From Promethearchaeota archaeon (GTDB lineage Archaea > Asgardarchaeota > Lokiarchaeia > Sigyniarchaeales > SOKP01), in NCBI GenBank assembly GCA_016839705.1, contig JAEOTR010000002.1, positions 1-14,424 on the forward strand: a stretch of DNA of 14,424 nt, given 5' to 3'. The notes beneath the pieces are model-generated. The model saw nothing but the letters and a program-made list of their open reading frames with translations. It searched no databases and had not been told where the DNA came from. This document shows, piece after piece, positions 6,096-14,424 of the stretch; positions within the stretch are counted from its first letter, which is position 1; the number at the start of each line of letters is the position of its first letter. The translations under genes and the position numbers were made by a program.

Positions 6096-8513
6096 TTATT
6101 TTTTCTTACGCACTTTTTTGACTATCAGACTAGAAACAAGGACAATCATCAACGACATAAAGAATAAGTCATATCCCGGGATTTCACCACCCAGCTCTTC
6201 CAACGAAATGTAAGCCATTGCTGATATTATGCACTTATTAAACATGTATGGTTCCATTTCTATAATTATCGTATTCGTGGCATTTAGGTAAGTTATATTA
6301 TCAGCATAAAATTCAGGAGGTGCTAAACTCCAATCAAGTGCTCCACTCATATTGAATGCATAGAAAAAGAAAACCATATTATCTAAATCTATTGATGGTG
6401 GAAGTACAATTGTCATTGTAATATTACCGCTTAAAAGTGTATAATTTTCATATAATTGGTCAAAGAAGGCTATTGGTGTACCGGCAGGTAATGAAACATT
6501 TACAGGATTCATAGGGAAGTAATTATAGATTAACGCTGCGCCTGTACCTGTAGCACCCACATCAACATCTACACTTACAGTTAAACCGGGGGTTGGAAAA
6601 TCCGTATTCGCCGTAAAGGAATTTGGGCCAATATTCAATGGTTTGTAAAATTTGGGATAGATGGACATATAATTCCATTCAGATCCAGGACCTGGGGTAT
6701 TACTCCACCCGTACATCATAGTAACTCTACCAGAAGTCTCATCAAAATGAAAATTTAGTTCTCTATTCAATGTAGTATTTTTAAGGACTACATGACCGCT
6801 GTCATATGAGATATCATCGTAAATATCACCAAAGAAATCAAAAATTATACTAAGCTCGGAGCTAGTTGTTCCTTCAGGCATTAATAGGGGTGCTCCGTGC
6901 TGAAATGACATAGGTGATATCGGCCAGTATATGTTTGCAATTACAAATTTAGTAACTGTATCAGGAATCCAAGATTGTGTGTCAACATCCCAAATTTCAA
7001 TTAAAGTTTCTATATAGGAGAAAAATTGAAATTCGGGTTGACCTGATGGTAAAGTTAATGACATTCCCATCATATTATAAAATTCAAACATCATGCTCAT
7101 ATTAACGTAATATGCATCAATTGCTACTACAGTAGCTTTAATATCACGGAATTCTTCACCATTATCTTTAAAGTAAATAATATCATCGACATCTACAGAC
7201 CAATCTACTAAAGTTTGCGCCTTTATTTCATAGAAGAAAACATTACCGCCTTGTAACATCAGATTATGCTGAACAATCCCGGTTGTTTTATCTATAATAG
7301 TTTTTACAAAGTCATTTCCTGTTGAATCTATAGCTAAGCTTTCAAAATGTCCATTTTCAGAATAGTATACCTCGTCAAAGGGAGCTCCCCATACACCCAG
7401 TGTATCATTATTCCACATGAATAAGAAATCATCCTTTTCAGCACTGATAGGATATAGAAAGTTAAATAGATTTGGTCCCGAATCAAAGTATTGGGGGTAA
7501 AAATTATTTGCATATCCTATAGGAATGCCCCATTCCACTTGAAAATATTCTGTCCCATCCCATAAGTATAGGTCTGCTAATACAACTTGAAATCCCATCT
7601 GAATCGGGTCTTCAGAGAATCCGTTTTTATGTTTTTCAACCATTACTTCAGTTATATCCGTAATATTTACCAATACTTCCATTGCTTCTCCCTCCCAATT
7701 AGACCCATCATACATGTTATAGGTGAAAGTGTCTCCAATATTAACTCCCCACTGAACTTCATCTATAGTATCATAGTCAAAGACCTGTGTCATTGTAGCG
7801 TTCACTAATATAGGACCTTCTCCCATTTCGACCTTTAAGTAGGCAGATCCTGTATTCAATGTTCCATTAGCATAATAAATTCCCTCAGAGTAAAAATGCT
7901 CTGTGTTATTGTAGAAAAAAATTCTATTTGAACTAGAAGTTGATTCATAATAATCAAAAGCATTAAAAGCACCAAATTGAGACATTGGATAGTAAAAAGT
8001 TTCATTTATTATCTCATCCAAAACGTCAACTTCTAAACCTTTTGAACCATTTATAGGTAGTAAAAAGGGCATACCGCCTTGCCCTGCTCTGATTCTATGA
8101 TTGATTGGATCCGAATTATTGTATCCAAATAGGGCAATTTCTGAAGATGGACCAAAAGCTACTAATTCCTTTGAAGTTACATTATAGTAATATTGGGTTG
8201 TATTTACTTGAGAACAATTGGTTGTTCCCAACCAATCAACTGTAACATTTTCTATAGAAGTAATATTGTAGATCCAGATAACTTTGAACTGACTAGTTAT
8301 TTCACCTGTTGATGCGTTTGCTAAAGTAAATTCACCTTCGAAATACATATGATCTCCTACATCAACATCCCAGTGCCATCCGTTGTCGGGATGCGGTTCC
8401 GGAATATACGGTCCACCTCTTACATTTATAATTAATGAACCAAGAATCATTACCGTTGGGAAAAGGATAAGGAAAATCAATAAAATACGTTTATCTCTTT
8501 TTAAAAACTTCAT
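6096..8513 (-). CDS. Secreted, C-terminally anchored surface glycoprotein with a Loki-CTERM-like sorting signal and three internal repeats
   Basis: Basic plus hydrophobic N-terminal signal (MKFLKRDKRILLIFLILFPTVMILGSLII); C-terminal IPGYDLFFMSLMIVLVSSLIVKKVRKKK; about 22 N-X-S/T sequons by hand count; recurring W-x-V-[DN]-[VI]-[GD]-D motif. Confidence 0.8.
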   Translation of the reverse strand: MKFLKRDKRILLIFLILFPTVMILGSLIINVRGGPYIPEPHPDNGWHWDVDVGDHMYFEGEFTLANASTGEITSQFKVIWIYNITSIENVTVDWLGTTNCSQVNTTQYYYNVTSKELVAFGPSSEIALFGYNNSDPINHRIRAGQGGMPFLLPINGSKGLEVDVLDEIINETFYYPMSQFGAFNAFDYYESTSSSNRIFFYNNTEHFYSEGIYYANGTLNTGSAYLKVEMGEGPILVNATMTQVFDYDTIDEVQWGVNIGDTFTYNMYDGSNWEGEAMEVLVNITDITEVMVEKHKNGFSEDPIQMGFQVVLADLYLWDGTEYFQVEWGIPIGYANNFYPQYFDSGPNLFNFLYPISAEKDDFLFMWNNDTLGVWGAPFDEVYYSENGHFESLAIDSTGNDFVKTIIDKTTGIVQHNLMLQGGNVFFYEIKAQTLVDWSVDVDDIIYFKDNGEEFRDIKATVVAIDAYYVNMSMMFEFYNMMGMSLTLPSGQPEFQFFSYIETLIEIWDVDTQSWIPDTVTKFVIANIYWPISPMSFQHGAPLLMPEGTTSSELSIIFDFFGDIYDDISYDSGHVVLKNTTLNRELNFHFDETSGRVTMMYGWSNTPGPGSEWNYMSIYPKFYKPLNIGPNSFTANTDFPTPGLTVSVDVDVGATGTGAALIYNYFPMNPVNVSLPAGTPIAFFDQLYENYTLLSGNITMTIVLPPSIDLDNMVFFFYAFNMSGALDWSLAPPEFYADNITYLNATNTIIIEMEPYMFNKCIISAMAYISLEELGGEIPGYDLFFMSLMIVLVSSLIVKKVRKKK

Positions 8514-8521
8514 AAGGTATC

Positions 8522-8550
8522 ATCTTAAGATTTTTTTTACAAATTTGTAA
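8522..8550. promoter_or_regulatory. Two perfect palindromes, ATCTTAAGAT (8522-8531) and TTACAAATTTGTAA (8537-8550); operator candidates
   Basis: Exact inverted repeats between a TATA-like TATATAAG (- strand, 8555-8562) and the ATG at 8513. Confidence 0.45.
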
Positions 8551-8728
8551 TATTCTTATATATCCTTAGATCGGATACAAATACTATAGAAGAATTTATT
8601 TTTATATTTATGGTCATTAAGAATTAACAAATCATCATATTTTCCGAGAATTAAATTTTAGCAAAATATATAATTTCTCAAGAAAATTAATACTAATAGT
8701 TCTAGTTCATCCAACGAATATTCAAATT

Positions 8729-8742
8729 AATCTTGCAAGATT
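8729..8742. promoter_or_regulatory. Perfect 14-bp palindrome AATCTTGCAAGATT; operator candidate
   Basis: Exact inverted repeat just upstream of the ROK gene start, with overlapping outer arms TTCAAA (8721-8726) and TTTGAA (8741-8746). Confidence 0.45.
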
Positions 8743-8749
8743 TGAAAGG

Positions 8750-9772
8750 GTGATCAAAATGGGTAAGAAATTCATTGCTGGAGTTGATATTGGGGCTACA
8801 TGGATACGTGTAGTTATTTGTGCGGAAGATTTAAAAAAAGAAAATATGAAGAAAAAAGTTTCTAAAACTCCAAAAAAAAAGCATTTCCGAGATACTAAAG
8901 TGAATAAATTATCGATTAGTAATTCAGTTTGCAAAATGTTATCAAATTTGCTTTCTGAAAATAAAATTTCATCTGAGGAACTGTTGGGAATAGGAATTGC
9001 ATCCTTTGGACCTTTAAATATAGACAAAGGAGAAATAGTTAACAATCTCACTTCGAAATTTAGAAGAATTCCAATAAAAGAACCTATAAAAAAGAGTTTC
9101 CCAGAGATCCCTTTATATATCATTAATGATTGCAATGCAGCTGTGTTAGGAATACATTACTTTGAAGCAGAAAATAATGAGAAAGATAATCTATTTTATA
9201 TAGCAATGTCTTCTGGAATAGGAGGGGGTGCTATTTGCAATGGCCAATTATTAAGAGGAAAAGAAGGTAACGCTGCTGAAGTAGGATTATGTTTAGTTGA
9301 ACCAAGAAATGATTTGTCACGAGGTTCCTGGACTACTTATAGTTCAGGTACGGGAGTAAAATTGAGAGCTATAAAAGAATTGAATGAAGGGAAATTAAGT
9401 GCACAGAAATTGTTGGAAATTGTTGACAATGACAATACAAAGATTACTGCAAAAAAAGTCTTCCAGGCAGCAAGAATGGGAGATCAATTATCTAGGAAAA
9501 TTGTTGATGATTGTGTTTTTTATACGAAAGTAGGCGTGGGTCTAATAAATAATTGTTATGATTGCTCATCTATTTATTTCGGGGGTGCGATGATGAATGA
9601 TAAAGATCAGATAATACCTTGTATACGTGAACAATTTGAAAAGGATCCAATTAAGTTTACCATAAACACACCTCCATTTATTAAGGTAACAAAATACATT
9701 GATGAGATTGGACTGATGGGTGCCTTAGCGTTTACCAAATATAATTTAGAAAAAAATCAAGTAGTTGAATAA
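8750..9772 (+). CDS. ROK-family sugar kinase (glucokinase-like) with a degenerate Zn/sugar-binding motif; start may be ATG 8759
   Basis: GVDIGAT, GIGIASFGPL, INDCNAA, SSGIGGG..NG.L.RG..GNAAEVG and IYFGGAMM; no N-terminal HTH. Confidence 0.85.
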   Translation: MIKMGKKFIAGVDIGATWIRVVICAEDLKKENMKKKVSKTPKKKHFRDTKVNKLSISNSVCKMLSNLLSENKISSEELLGIGIASFGPLNIDKGEIVNNLTSKFRRIPIKEPIKKSFPEIPLYIINDCNAAVLGIHYFEAENNEKDNLFYIAMSSGIGGGAICNGQLLRGKEGNAAEVGLCLVEPRNDLSRGSWTTYSSGTGVKLRAIKELNEGKLSAQKLLEIVDNDNTKITAKKVFQAARMGDQLSRKIVDDCVFYTKVGVGLINNCYDCSSIYFGGAMMNDKDQIIPCIREQFEKDPIKFTINTPPFIKVTKYIDEIGLMGALAFTKYNLEKNQVVE

Positions 9773-9819
9773 ATTAGAATTTTATCAAGATTGTTCTAAA
9801 AAAATAACTCAAAAGAGTT

Positions 9820-10548
9820 TTATAACATTTCTAATAATTCTTCTAATGAATTAATTAATAAATCAGGTTCATATCCCAATAAAATTTCTTTTTTACTTAC
9901 TCCGCTTGCTACGCCTATTGTCCATAATCCCGCATCATGTCCGGCGATTATATCGGAGGGCATATCCCCGATCATCAAAAATTCCTCTCTCTTTCGTCTT
10001 TCATATGTTTCTAAAGGTGGTTGAAGTGCTAAAGGATCTGGTTTTTGTACAGGAATTTTATCACTACCATATACTCCTTTAAAATATTTAGCAATATCTT
10101 CATTTTCTAAGTGTTCCATTATTGTTTCTGTCTTATTATGAGATACAATAAATAGATCAAAATCTTTAGCAATTTTTTTTAACAATGATTTTACGCCAGG
10201 TAATAAAGGTGCATCTTTTGAATATTCGAGATATTTTGAAAAAATCTTTACAGCGATTCTTAATTGTTTAAAGTAACTCAATGTATTTAAACTTGTAATG
10301 TGTTTGAATATTTCATAAGACTCAAGTAATATTTTTGGTAAAGGAAATCCTTGAATTGTTTCCAATAGAGCCCCAATTTCCTGAATCGTTGTTTCCATGT
10401 CTACATTAATATTTTGGTCTGCTAAAACTTCTTCAATTGATTTCTCGAGTATTTCCCTTATATCTAGAAGGGTACCATCAAAATCAAAAATTATCCCTTT
10501 AAGAGAATGAGATAAAAGTCGATTGTTTAATTCATTTGCTCTACTCAT
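9820..10548 (-). CDS. HAD-superfamily phosphatase (subfamily IA, phosphoglycolate-phosphatase-like)
   Basis: Motif I FDFDGTL, motif II VSHN, motif III KPDP and motif IV IGDMPSD. Confidence 0.88.
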   Translation of the reverse strand: MSRANELNNRLLSHSLKGIIFDFDGTLLDIREILEKSIEEVLADQNINVDMETTIQEIGALLETIQGFPLPKILLESYEIFKHITSLNTLSYFKQLRIAVKIFSKYLEYSKDAPLLPGVKSLLKKIAKDFDLFIVSHNKTETIMEHLENEDIAKYFKGVYGSDKIPVQKPDPLALQPPLETYERRKREEFLMIGDMPSDIIAGHDAGLWTIGVASGVSKKEILLGYEPDLLINSLEELLEML

Positions 10549-10622
10549 CGTTATTAGTTTTATACTAATTATCTAATATTTTAGTAAAGGGAAAAAGCTA
10601 TAAAAACTATTGTAGTATAAAT

Positions 10623-11309
10623 TTAAGAAGAATTTTGTCTCAAAGCCCCATATGCTTGAATGGAGTTACATATTAGGAGAGTGTAAATCATAAATTTCTG
10701 GCCAACCACGTAAATTAACAATCCCCCTAATGTGTAGCTATTTGGTGTAAAAAATAGAAAAAGAAAATAGATGCCTAAAATGAAAGCTGAGAATACAAGA
10801 ATAGTTGCATAAAAATTAGGATAATTTTCATTCTTAAATATTACAAAGGAGTATAATATTATACTAAAAAAAACGAGTGAAAAACCAATTACAACAAAAA
10901 AATCATGTAACCTGCCTGTAATATCTGAAGGAGTAAAGGCTATACCGACATAAGAGATTGCTGATATTACGCCTAAAATGGAACCTATATAACTAATCCT
11001 CCTTAAATTTTGATAATTTTTGAATAAGTTTGAGAATGCTACATAAAATGGGATTTGAGTAATACCCCATAGACTCAAAGTGATGGTAAAAAGCACAAAA
11101 GAGGTAATATTTTGAATTCCTGAATGAGCTACAGTTCGACCTAAATCGCTAAAATAATTCTGCCAGAATGTATAACCTGAAGAAAAAGGATCAACATAAG
11201 TTCCTCCTCTATAAAAAATCATAGCAATAGCCGTTAATATAACAAATTGTAAGCAACCAATAATACTTAAAATGTATATTATTTTTCTGGAGCTAAATTT
11301 GGTAAGCAT
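10623..11309 (-). CDS. Integral membrane protein, DUF998-like
   Basis: About six hydrophobic helices; Y.GG....GY.FWQNYFSDLG motif after TM1; His in GRLHDFF. Confidence 0.65.
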   Translation of the reverse strand: MLTKFSSRKIIYILSIIGCLQFVILTAIAMIFYRGGTYVDPFSSGYTFWQNYFSDLGRTVAHSGIQNITSFVLFTITLSLWGITQIPFYVAFSNLFKNYQNLRRISYIGSILGVISAISYVGIAFTPSDITGRLHDFFVVIGFSLVFFSIILYSFVIFKNENYPNFYATILVFSAFILGIYFLFLFFTPNSYTLGGLLIYVVGQKFMIYTLLICNSIQAYGALRQNSS

Positions 11310-11321
11310 TGCTGAAAATCA

Positions 11322-12518
11322 TCACATTTCCTTGAAATTTTTCAGAAAAATTAGATTAAAAAAGAATATTAGAAGTAAAATTATAGATAATGTTATATAG
11401 GCAATATTAACATTTATACCCCCAACTATCCCCAAAATTATCTGGGATATAAAAAAAAAAAGCCCGATGGAACTTTCTAAAATGCTACTATAAATAGATG
11501 TATTTTTTATTATGTTTAGAGTTAAAAATAATTTTGAGGCTGTTCCATATAAAATTCCATAGAAAAATCCAGAGAGCATAAAAAGAACAATGAAGATAAT
11601 ATAAAAATCACTTATAGTAAAAAAGATAAACATAAACGCATAAATCAATAATGTTAGCGATGTAAGAAGCTTTAATTTTTTAAAATTCGCTAAATTAGAT
11701 AAATACATTGCGAGTGATTGTGTTATTGTAGCAAACACCATAAGCAGGTATGTGCTCGAGGGTTGATACCCTAACATTTCAGACTTAATTGGATATAATA
11801 ATGTACCGTTTCCTGATGCAAATGAAAGACCAAGGACTAATAATAAGGGGAGGATAACAGGGATATACAAATTACTCACCTTTAACAATTTTTGATGATC
11901 TTCAAGTCCTTGTATTTCTATCTCAAATTTTTGACCATCCTGATCATCACGAATTGGCTCCTGAAAAAAGAAAATAGCTATGAAAACATTTAAAGCTAAG
12001 AAAATAGGATTGATATAAAACAGAAATCTTAGATCATTAATAAATGATAGAAAGACTGCTCCAAATATTAAACCAAAAACTCCCGCAATTCCCCATGAAA
12101 GGTTGAATCTAGCCAAAAACTTCTGATGATCAATCTCAGCATTATCAGAAATGCTTGCTTGTAGATTTGGGAAAAAAAAACCTAATATAAAACCCTCAAA
12201 CAGTCTTTCAATTAAAAAGATAAGAGGATCTAAAGTAATATAGAATATCAACTCAGCAATTGTAGCTCCAATCATCGCAATAATAACACAGTTTCTTCGA
12301 CCTAATATATCCGATAATTTATTCAAGATTAATGGGGAAATACTATAAGTTATCGTAAGAGCAGTAGATAATATACTAATGAATATTATTTCAACTCCCT
12401 GTTGGAGATAGTATATAGGTGCAGCCAGCATTATTATCGGACTACTGAGTGCAAAAATAAATACTAAGGATAATACTGGCCAAAATCGCCAATGATGTAC
12501 AGCAATTTCTTCGGTCAT
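11322..12518 (-). CDS. MFS transporter
   Basis: 398 aa with about 12 hydrophobic segments in two halves around a hydrophilic loop; motif A-like LSDILGRR; RLFEG in TM4. Confidence 0.85.
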   Translation of the reverse strand: MTEEIAVHHWRFWPVLSLVFIFALSSPIIMLAAPIYYLQQGVEIIFISILSTALTITYSISPLILNKLSDILGRRNCVIIAMIGATIAELIFYITLDPLIFLIERLFEGFILGFFFPNLQASISDNAEIDHQKFLARFNLSWGIAGVFGLIFGAVFLSFINDLRFLFYINPIFLALNVFIAIFFFQEPIRDDQDGQKFEIEIQGLEDHQKLLKVSNLYIPVILPLLLVLGLSFASGNGTLLYPIKSEMLGYQPSSTYLLMVFATITQSLAMYLSNLANFKKLKLLTSLTLLIYAFMFIFFTISDFYIIFIVLFMLSGFFYGILYGTASKLFLTLNIIKNTSIYSSILESSIGLFFFISQIILGIVGGINVNIAYITLSIILLLIFFFNLIFLKNFKEM

Positions 12519-12714
12519 TAGTTTAACTTATTCATATTAAAGTCAGTTTTTACTAGAATGATAAAGCTAAAAATGATTATTACATTTTAAAGTTGAATTA
12601 AAAAGGTGTCTAAATTGTTATTTGTTTCATTTCTTCACTTTAATGACAAAAAGAAAGATTAAATTAAAAGCTCAAATTGAATTTAACATAGTAATTAGGA
12701 AAAATTCGACTACA

Positions 12715-14139
12715 ATGGTAAAAATAGATTCAGAATTTTCTAACATTTACCTTCTCAAATCATTTTGGGCTTTATACTCATTAACAGGATTCTTTTCACT
12801 AGCTTTTAGTGGGATTTTTATCTTAGTTGTACCTTTATCATCATTATTTTGGCCTACTGAGCCTTATCATGCTCTTGAAATGGGATTTATGATTACATCA
12901 ATGTTCTGGACAAACTCCGTAGCAGGACTGTTATTTGGGCGACTAATAGATAAATTCAATCGGACCAAAATTTTACTATTGATCTCAATTATTCGTGGAA
13001 CCTGTATGATTTTTTTGAGTTTTACTATTGTCGGATTAGGAATGACTTCATGGATATATTTCTACATTTTTACATTTATAATAGGCATATCTGCTGGTGG
13101 GAATTATCCCACAATAGCATCTCTTTCAAATGATTTAATTCCCCTAAACTCTAGGTCTCGTTTTTTTGGAATACGGAATATTATTCGATCCATTTTTCGT
13201 TTAAATGGGTTCGTATTAACCGGATTATTAGTATTATTAGATGTATGGCGTCTTTTTTTTGTTTTTGTAGGGATAGGGATAATCTCTTTTGGTTTTTTAA
13301 TGTTTTTTACAATAAAAGAACCTAAAAGAGGAGCGTTACGCAGAGAACTTTCTGAAGTTCTTAAAGATGATGCAGTGTCGTATGATTTTCAATTAGATCT
13401 TAAAATGATGCGTAAAACGATATTCAGCAAGACTAACATAGTTGCCTTAGTTGAGGGAATATTTACAAGTGTATTTATGGGTAGTTTAACTATTTTATTC
13501 TTACCTTATATTCAAACTGAACCTCATAACTTCTCTCCTTTCGTCACAGGCTCATTTTTAGCATTCTTTGGATTAACCGTTGGGATATTTTTGAAACTTT
13601 TTCTTGCTAAATTATCAGATAAGTTATCTAAGAAGAATGACATGGTAAGAATATATTCTATTATAATTGCGTTGGCTGCGGGTACAACCACTTTTATACT
13701 GATTTTTTATATCCCTCTCCCACACTTTACAATAGATGAAGGGAAAAATCTTGCTCTTTTTTTTTCTTTCCCAATTATATGGGTTACAGGCATAATAGAG
13801 TCAGCTTCCTCCTCGATTTCTTCATTATATGAGATTAACCAACCACCAGTTTTACAACAAATTAATTTACCAGAAGCTCAAGGACAGGTCGTTTCTTTTA
13901 ATCGTTTATTAGAAGCGATAGGTTGGGGATCTGGACCATTGATAACCGGTATTTTTATTGCAATCTCTGGAAACAATTACCAGCTTGTTGCTCTCATCAT
14001 CGGGATTTTCGCAATTCCAGGAATAATTTTATGGGCAATAAGTATTAAATGGTATCAGAAAGATAAAAAAGTAATCTCAATGATCTTGGAAGAAAGAGCC
14101 GTTTTATTGAATCCAGATGCGAATCAGCAGAGTGAATGA
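12715..14139 (+). CDS. MFS transporter, possibly Spinster-like
   Basis: Motif A FGRLIDKFNR; ND.IP...RSRFFG; EPKRG after TM6; LSDKLSK in the second half. ATG 12715 is preferred over the TTG at 12622. Confidence 0.82.
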   Translation: MVKIDSEFSNIYLLKSFWALYSLTGFFSLAFSGIFILVVPLSSLFWPTEPYHALEMGFMITSMFWTNSVAGLLFGRLIDKFNRTKILLLISIIRGTCMIFLSFTIVGLGMTSWIYFYIFTFIIGISAGGNYPTIASLSNDLIPLNSRSRFFGIRNIIRSIFRLNGFVLTGLLVLLDVWRLFFVFVGIGIISFGFLMFFTIKEPKRGALRRELSEVLKDDAVSYDFQLDLKMMRKTIFSKTNIVALVEGIFTSVFMGSLTILFLPYIQTEPHNFSPFVTGSFLAFFGLTVGIFLKLFLAKLSDKLSKKNDMVRIYSIIIALAAGTTTFILIFYIPLPHFTIDEGKNLALFFSFPIIWVTGIIESASSSISSLYEINQPPVLQQINLPEAQGQVVSFNRLLEAIGWGSGPLITGIFIAISGNNYQLVALIIGIFAIPGIILWAISIKWYQKDKKVISMILEERAVLLNPDANQQSE

Positions 14140-14140
14140 T

Positions 14141-14424
14141 ATGAAGGAGTATGTGTTATTTAATCTTATTTTACTAGGTTTCGGATTTTCATCATTTTTG
14201 TTTTTTATTATCTTGTTATTTATAACTGCGGGATATGGCCAACATTTAAGTAAGAAATGGGGACCTTCTATAAATAACAAGCTTGGTTGGTTTATAATGG
14301 AGGTGCCAACAGTCATCATTTACCTTTTCTATTATCTTATAGGAAATCGAAAAGCTGATTTAGTTCCCTTAGTATTTATGTTTATATGGATGTTGCATTA
14401 CTTTCGACGCACGTTTATTTTTCC
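14141..14424 (+). CDS. Steroid 5-alpha-reductase family (SRD5A-like) NADPH-dependent reductase, truncated at the window edge
   Basis: Not in the ORF track. Translates MKEYVLFNLILLGFGFSSFLFFIILLFITAGYGQHLSKKWGPSINNKLGWFIMEVPTVIIYLFYYLIGNRKADLVPLVFMFIWMLHYFRRTFIF, with the SRD5A motifs YG.H, W..[MQ]E.P and HY..R; starts 1 nt after the MFS stop. Confidence 0.88.
   Translation, partial: MKEYVLFNLILLGFGFSSFLFFIILLFITAGYGQHLSKKWGPSINNKLGWFIMEVPTVIIYLFYYLIGNRKADLVPLVFMFIWMLHYFRRTFIF

Noticed and set aside
5986-6213. 75-aa plus-strand ORF
   Set aside because: Overlaps two real genes on the opposite strand and reads through low-complexity intergenic DNA.
7587-7808. 73-aa plus-strand ORF
   Set aside because: Antisense inside the surface-protein gene with no motif.
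8722-9135. 137-aa minus-strand ORF
   Set aside because: Antisense shadow of the ROK gene.
9773-9819. Short inverted repeats TTAGAA/TTCTAA and AACTC-AAAA-GAGTT between convergent genes
   Set aside because: Stems are too short and AT-rich to call; at most ordinary terminator context.
11309-11324. MFS stop is in frame with the DUF998-like gene (possible read-through or selenocysteine fusion)
   Set aside because: Two consecutive TGA codons separate them, both proteins look complete, and there is no redox-motif context or evident SECIS.
12622-12714. 31-aa N-terminal extension of the MFS in the ORF track
   Set aside because: TTG start in AT-rich divergent promoter DNA; ATG 12715 gives a normal MFS N-terminus.
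14104-14319. 71-aa minus-strand ORF
   Set aside because: Antisense to the SRD5A-like gene on the plus strand, which has clear family motifs.
1-14424. CRISPR arrays, tRNA/rRNA, IS elements, integrases and defence genes
   Set aside because: No regularly spaced repeats, GC-rich structured RNA segments or transposase/recombinase/nuclease motifs were seen; all intergenic gaps are under 240 nt.

Overview
AT-rich, gene-dense window that is probably from an Asgard archaeon (Lokiarchaeia/Promethearchaeia-like). This assignment is inferred from a surface protein ending in a Loki-CTERM-like sorting signal (IPGY-TM-KKVRKKK) and from archaeal TATA-box/oligo-T signals. It holds 11 complete and 2 edge-truncated CDSs; I saw no RNA genes, CRISPR array or mobile element. 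Two metabolic themes are interleaved. (1) Acyl-lipid chemistry unexpected in an archaeon: a stand-alone DUF2229/HGD-D-like protein (the family forming the reductase part of PlsA/Ger ester-to-ether reductases) with a truncated partner gene, a protein with two intact PlsC-type acyltransferase domains, an acyl-CoA thioesterase, and a Spinster-like MFS coupled to an SRD5A-type reductase missing from the ORF track. (2) Pentose/sugar-phosphate metabolism: a eukaryote-type xylulokinase converging on rpe, a ROK kinase lacking its Zn/sugar-binding motif, and a HAD phosphatase. The most interesting candidate system is a bacterial-type acyl-ester to ether/plasmalogen lipid pathway in an Asgard archaeon. 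All family calls come from motif recognition by eye, not database searches.
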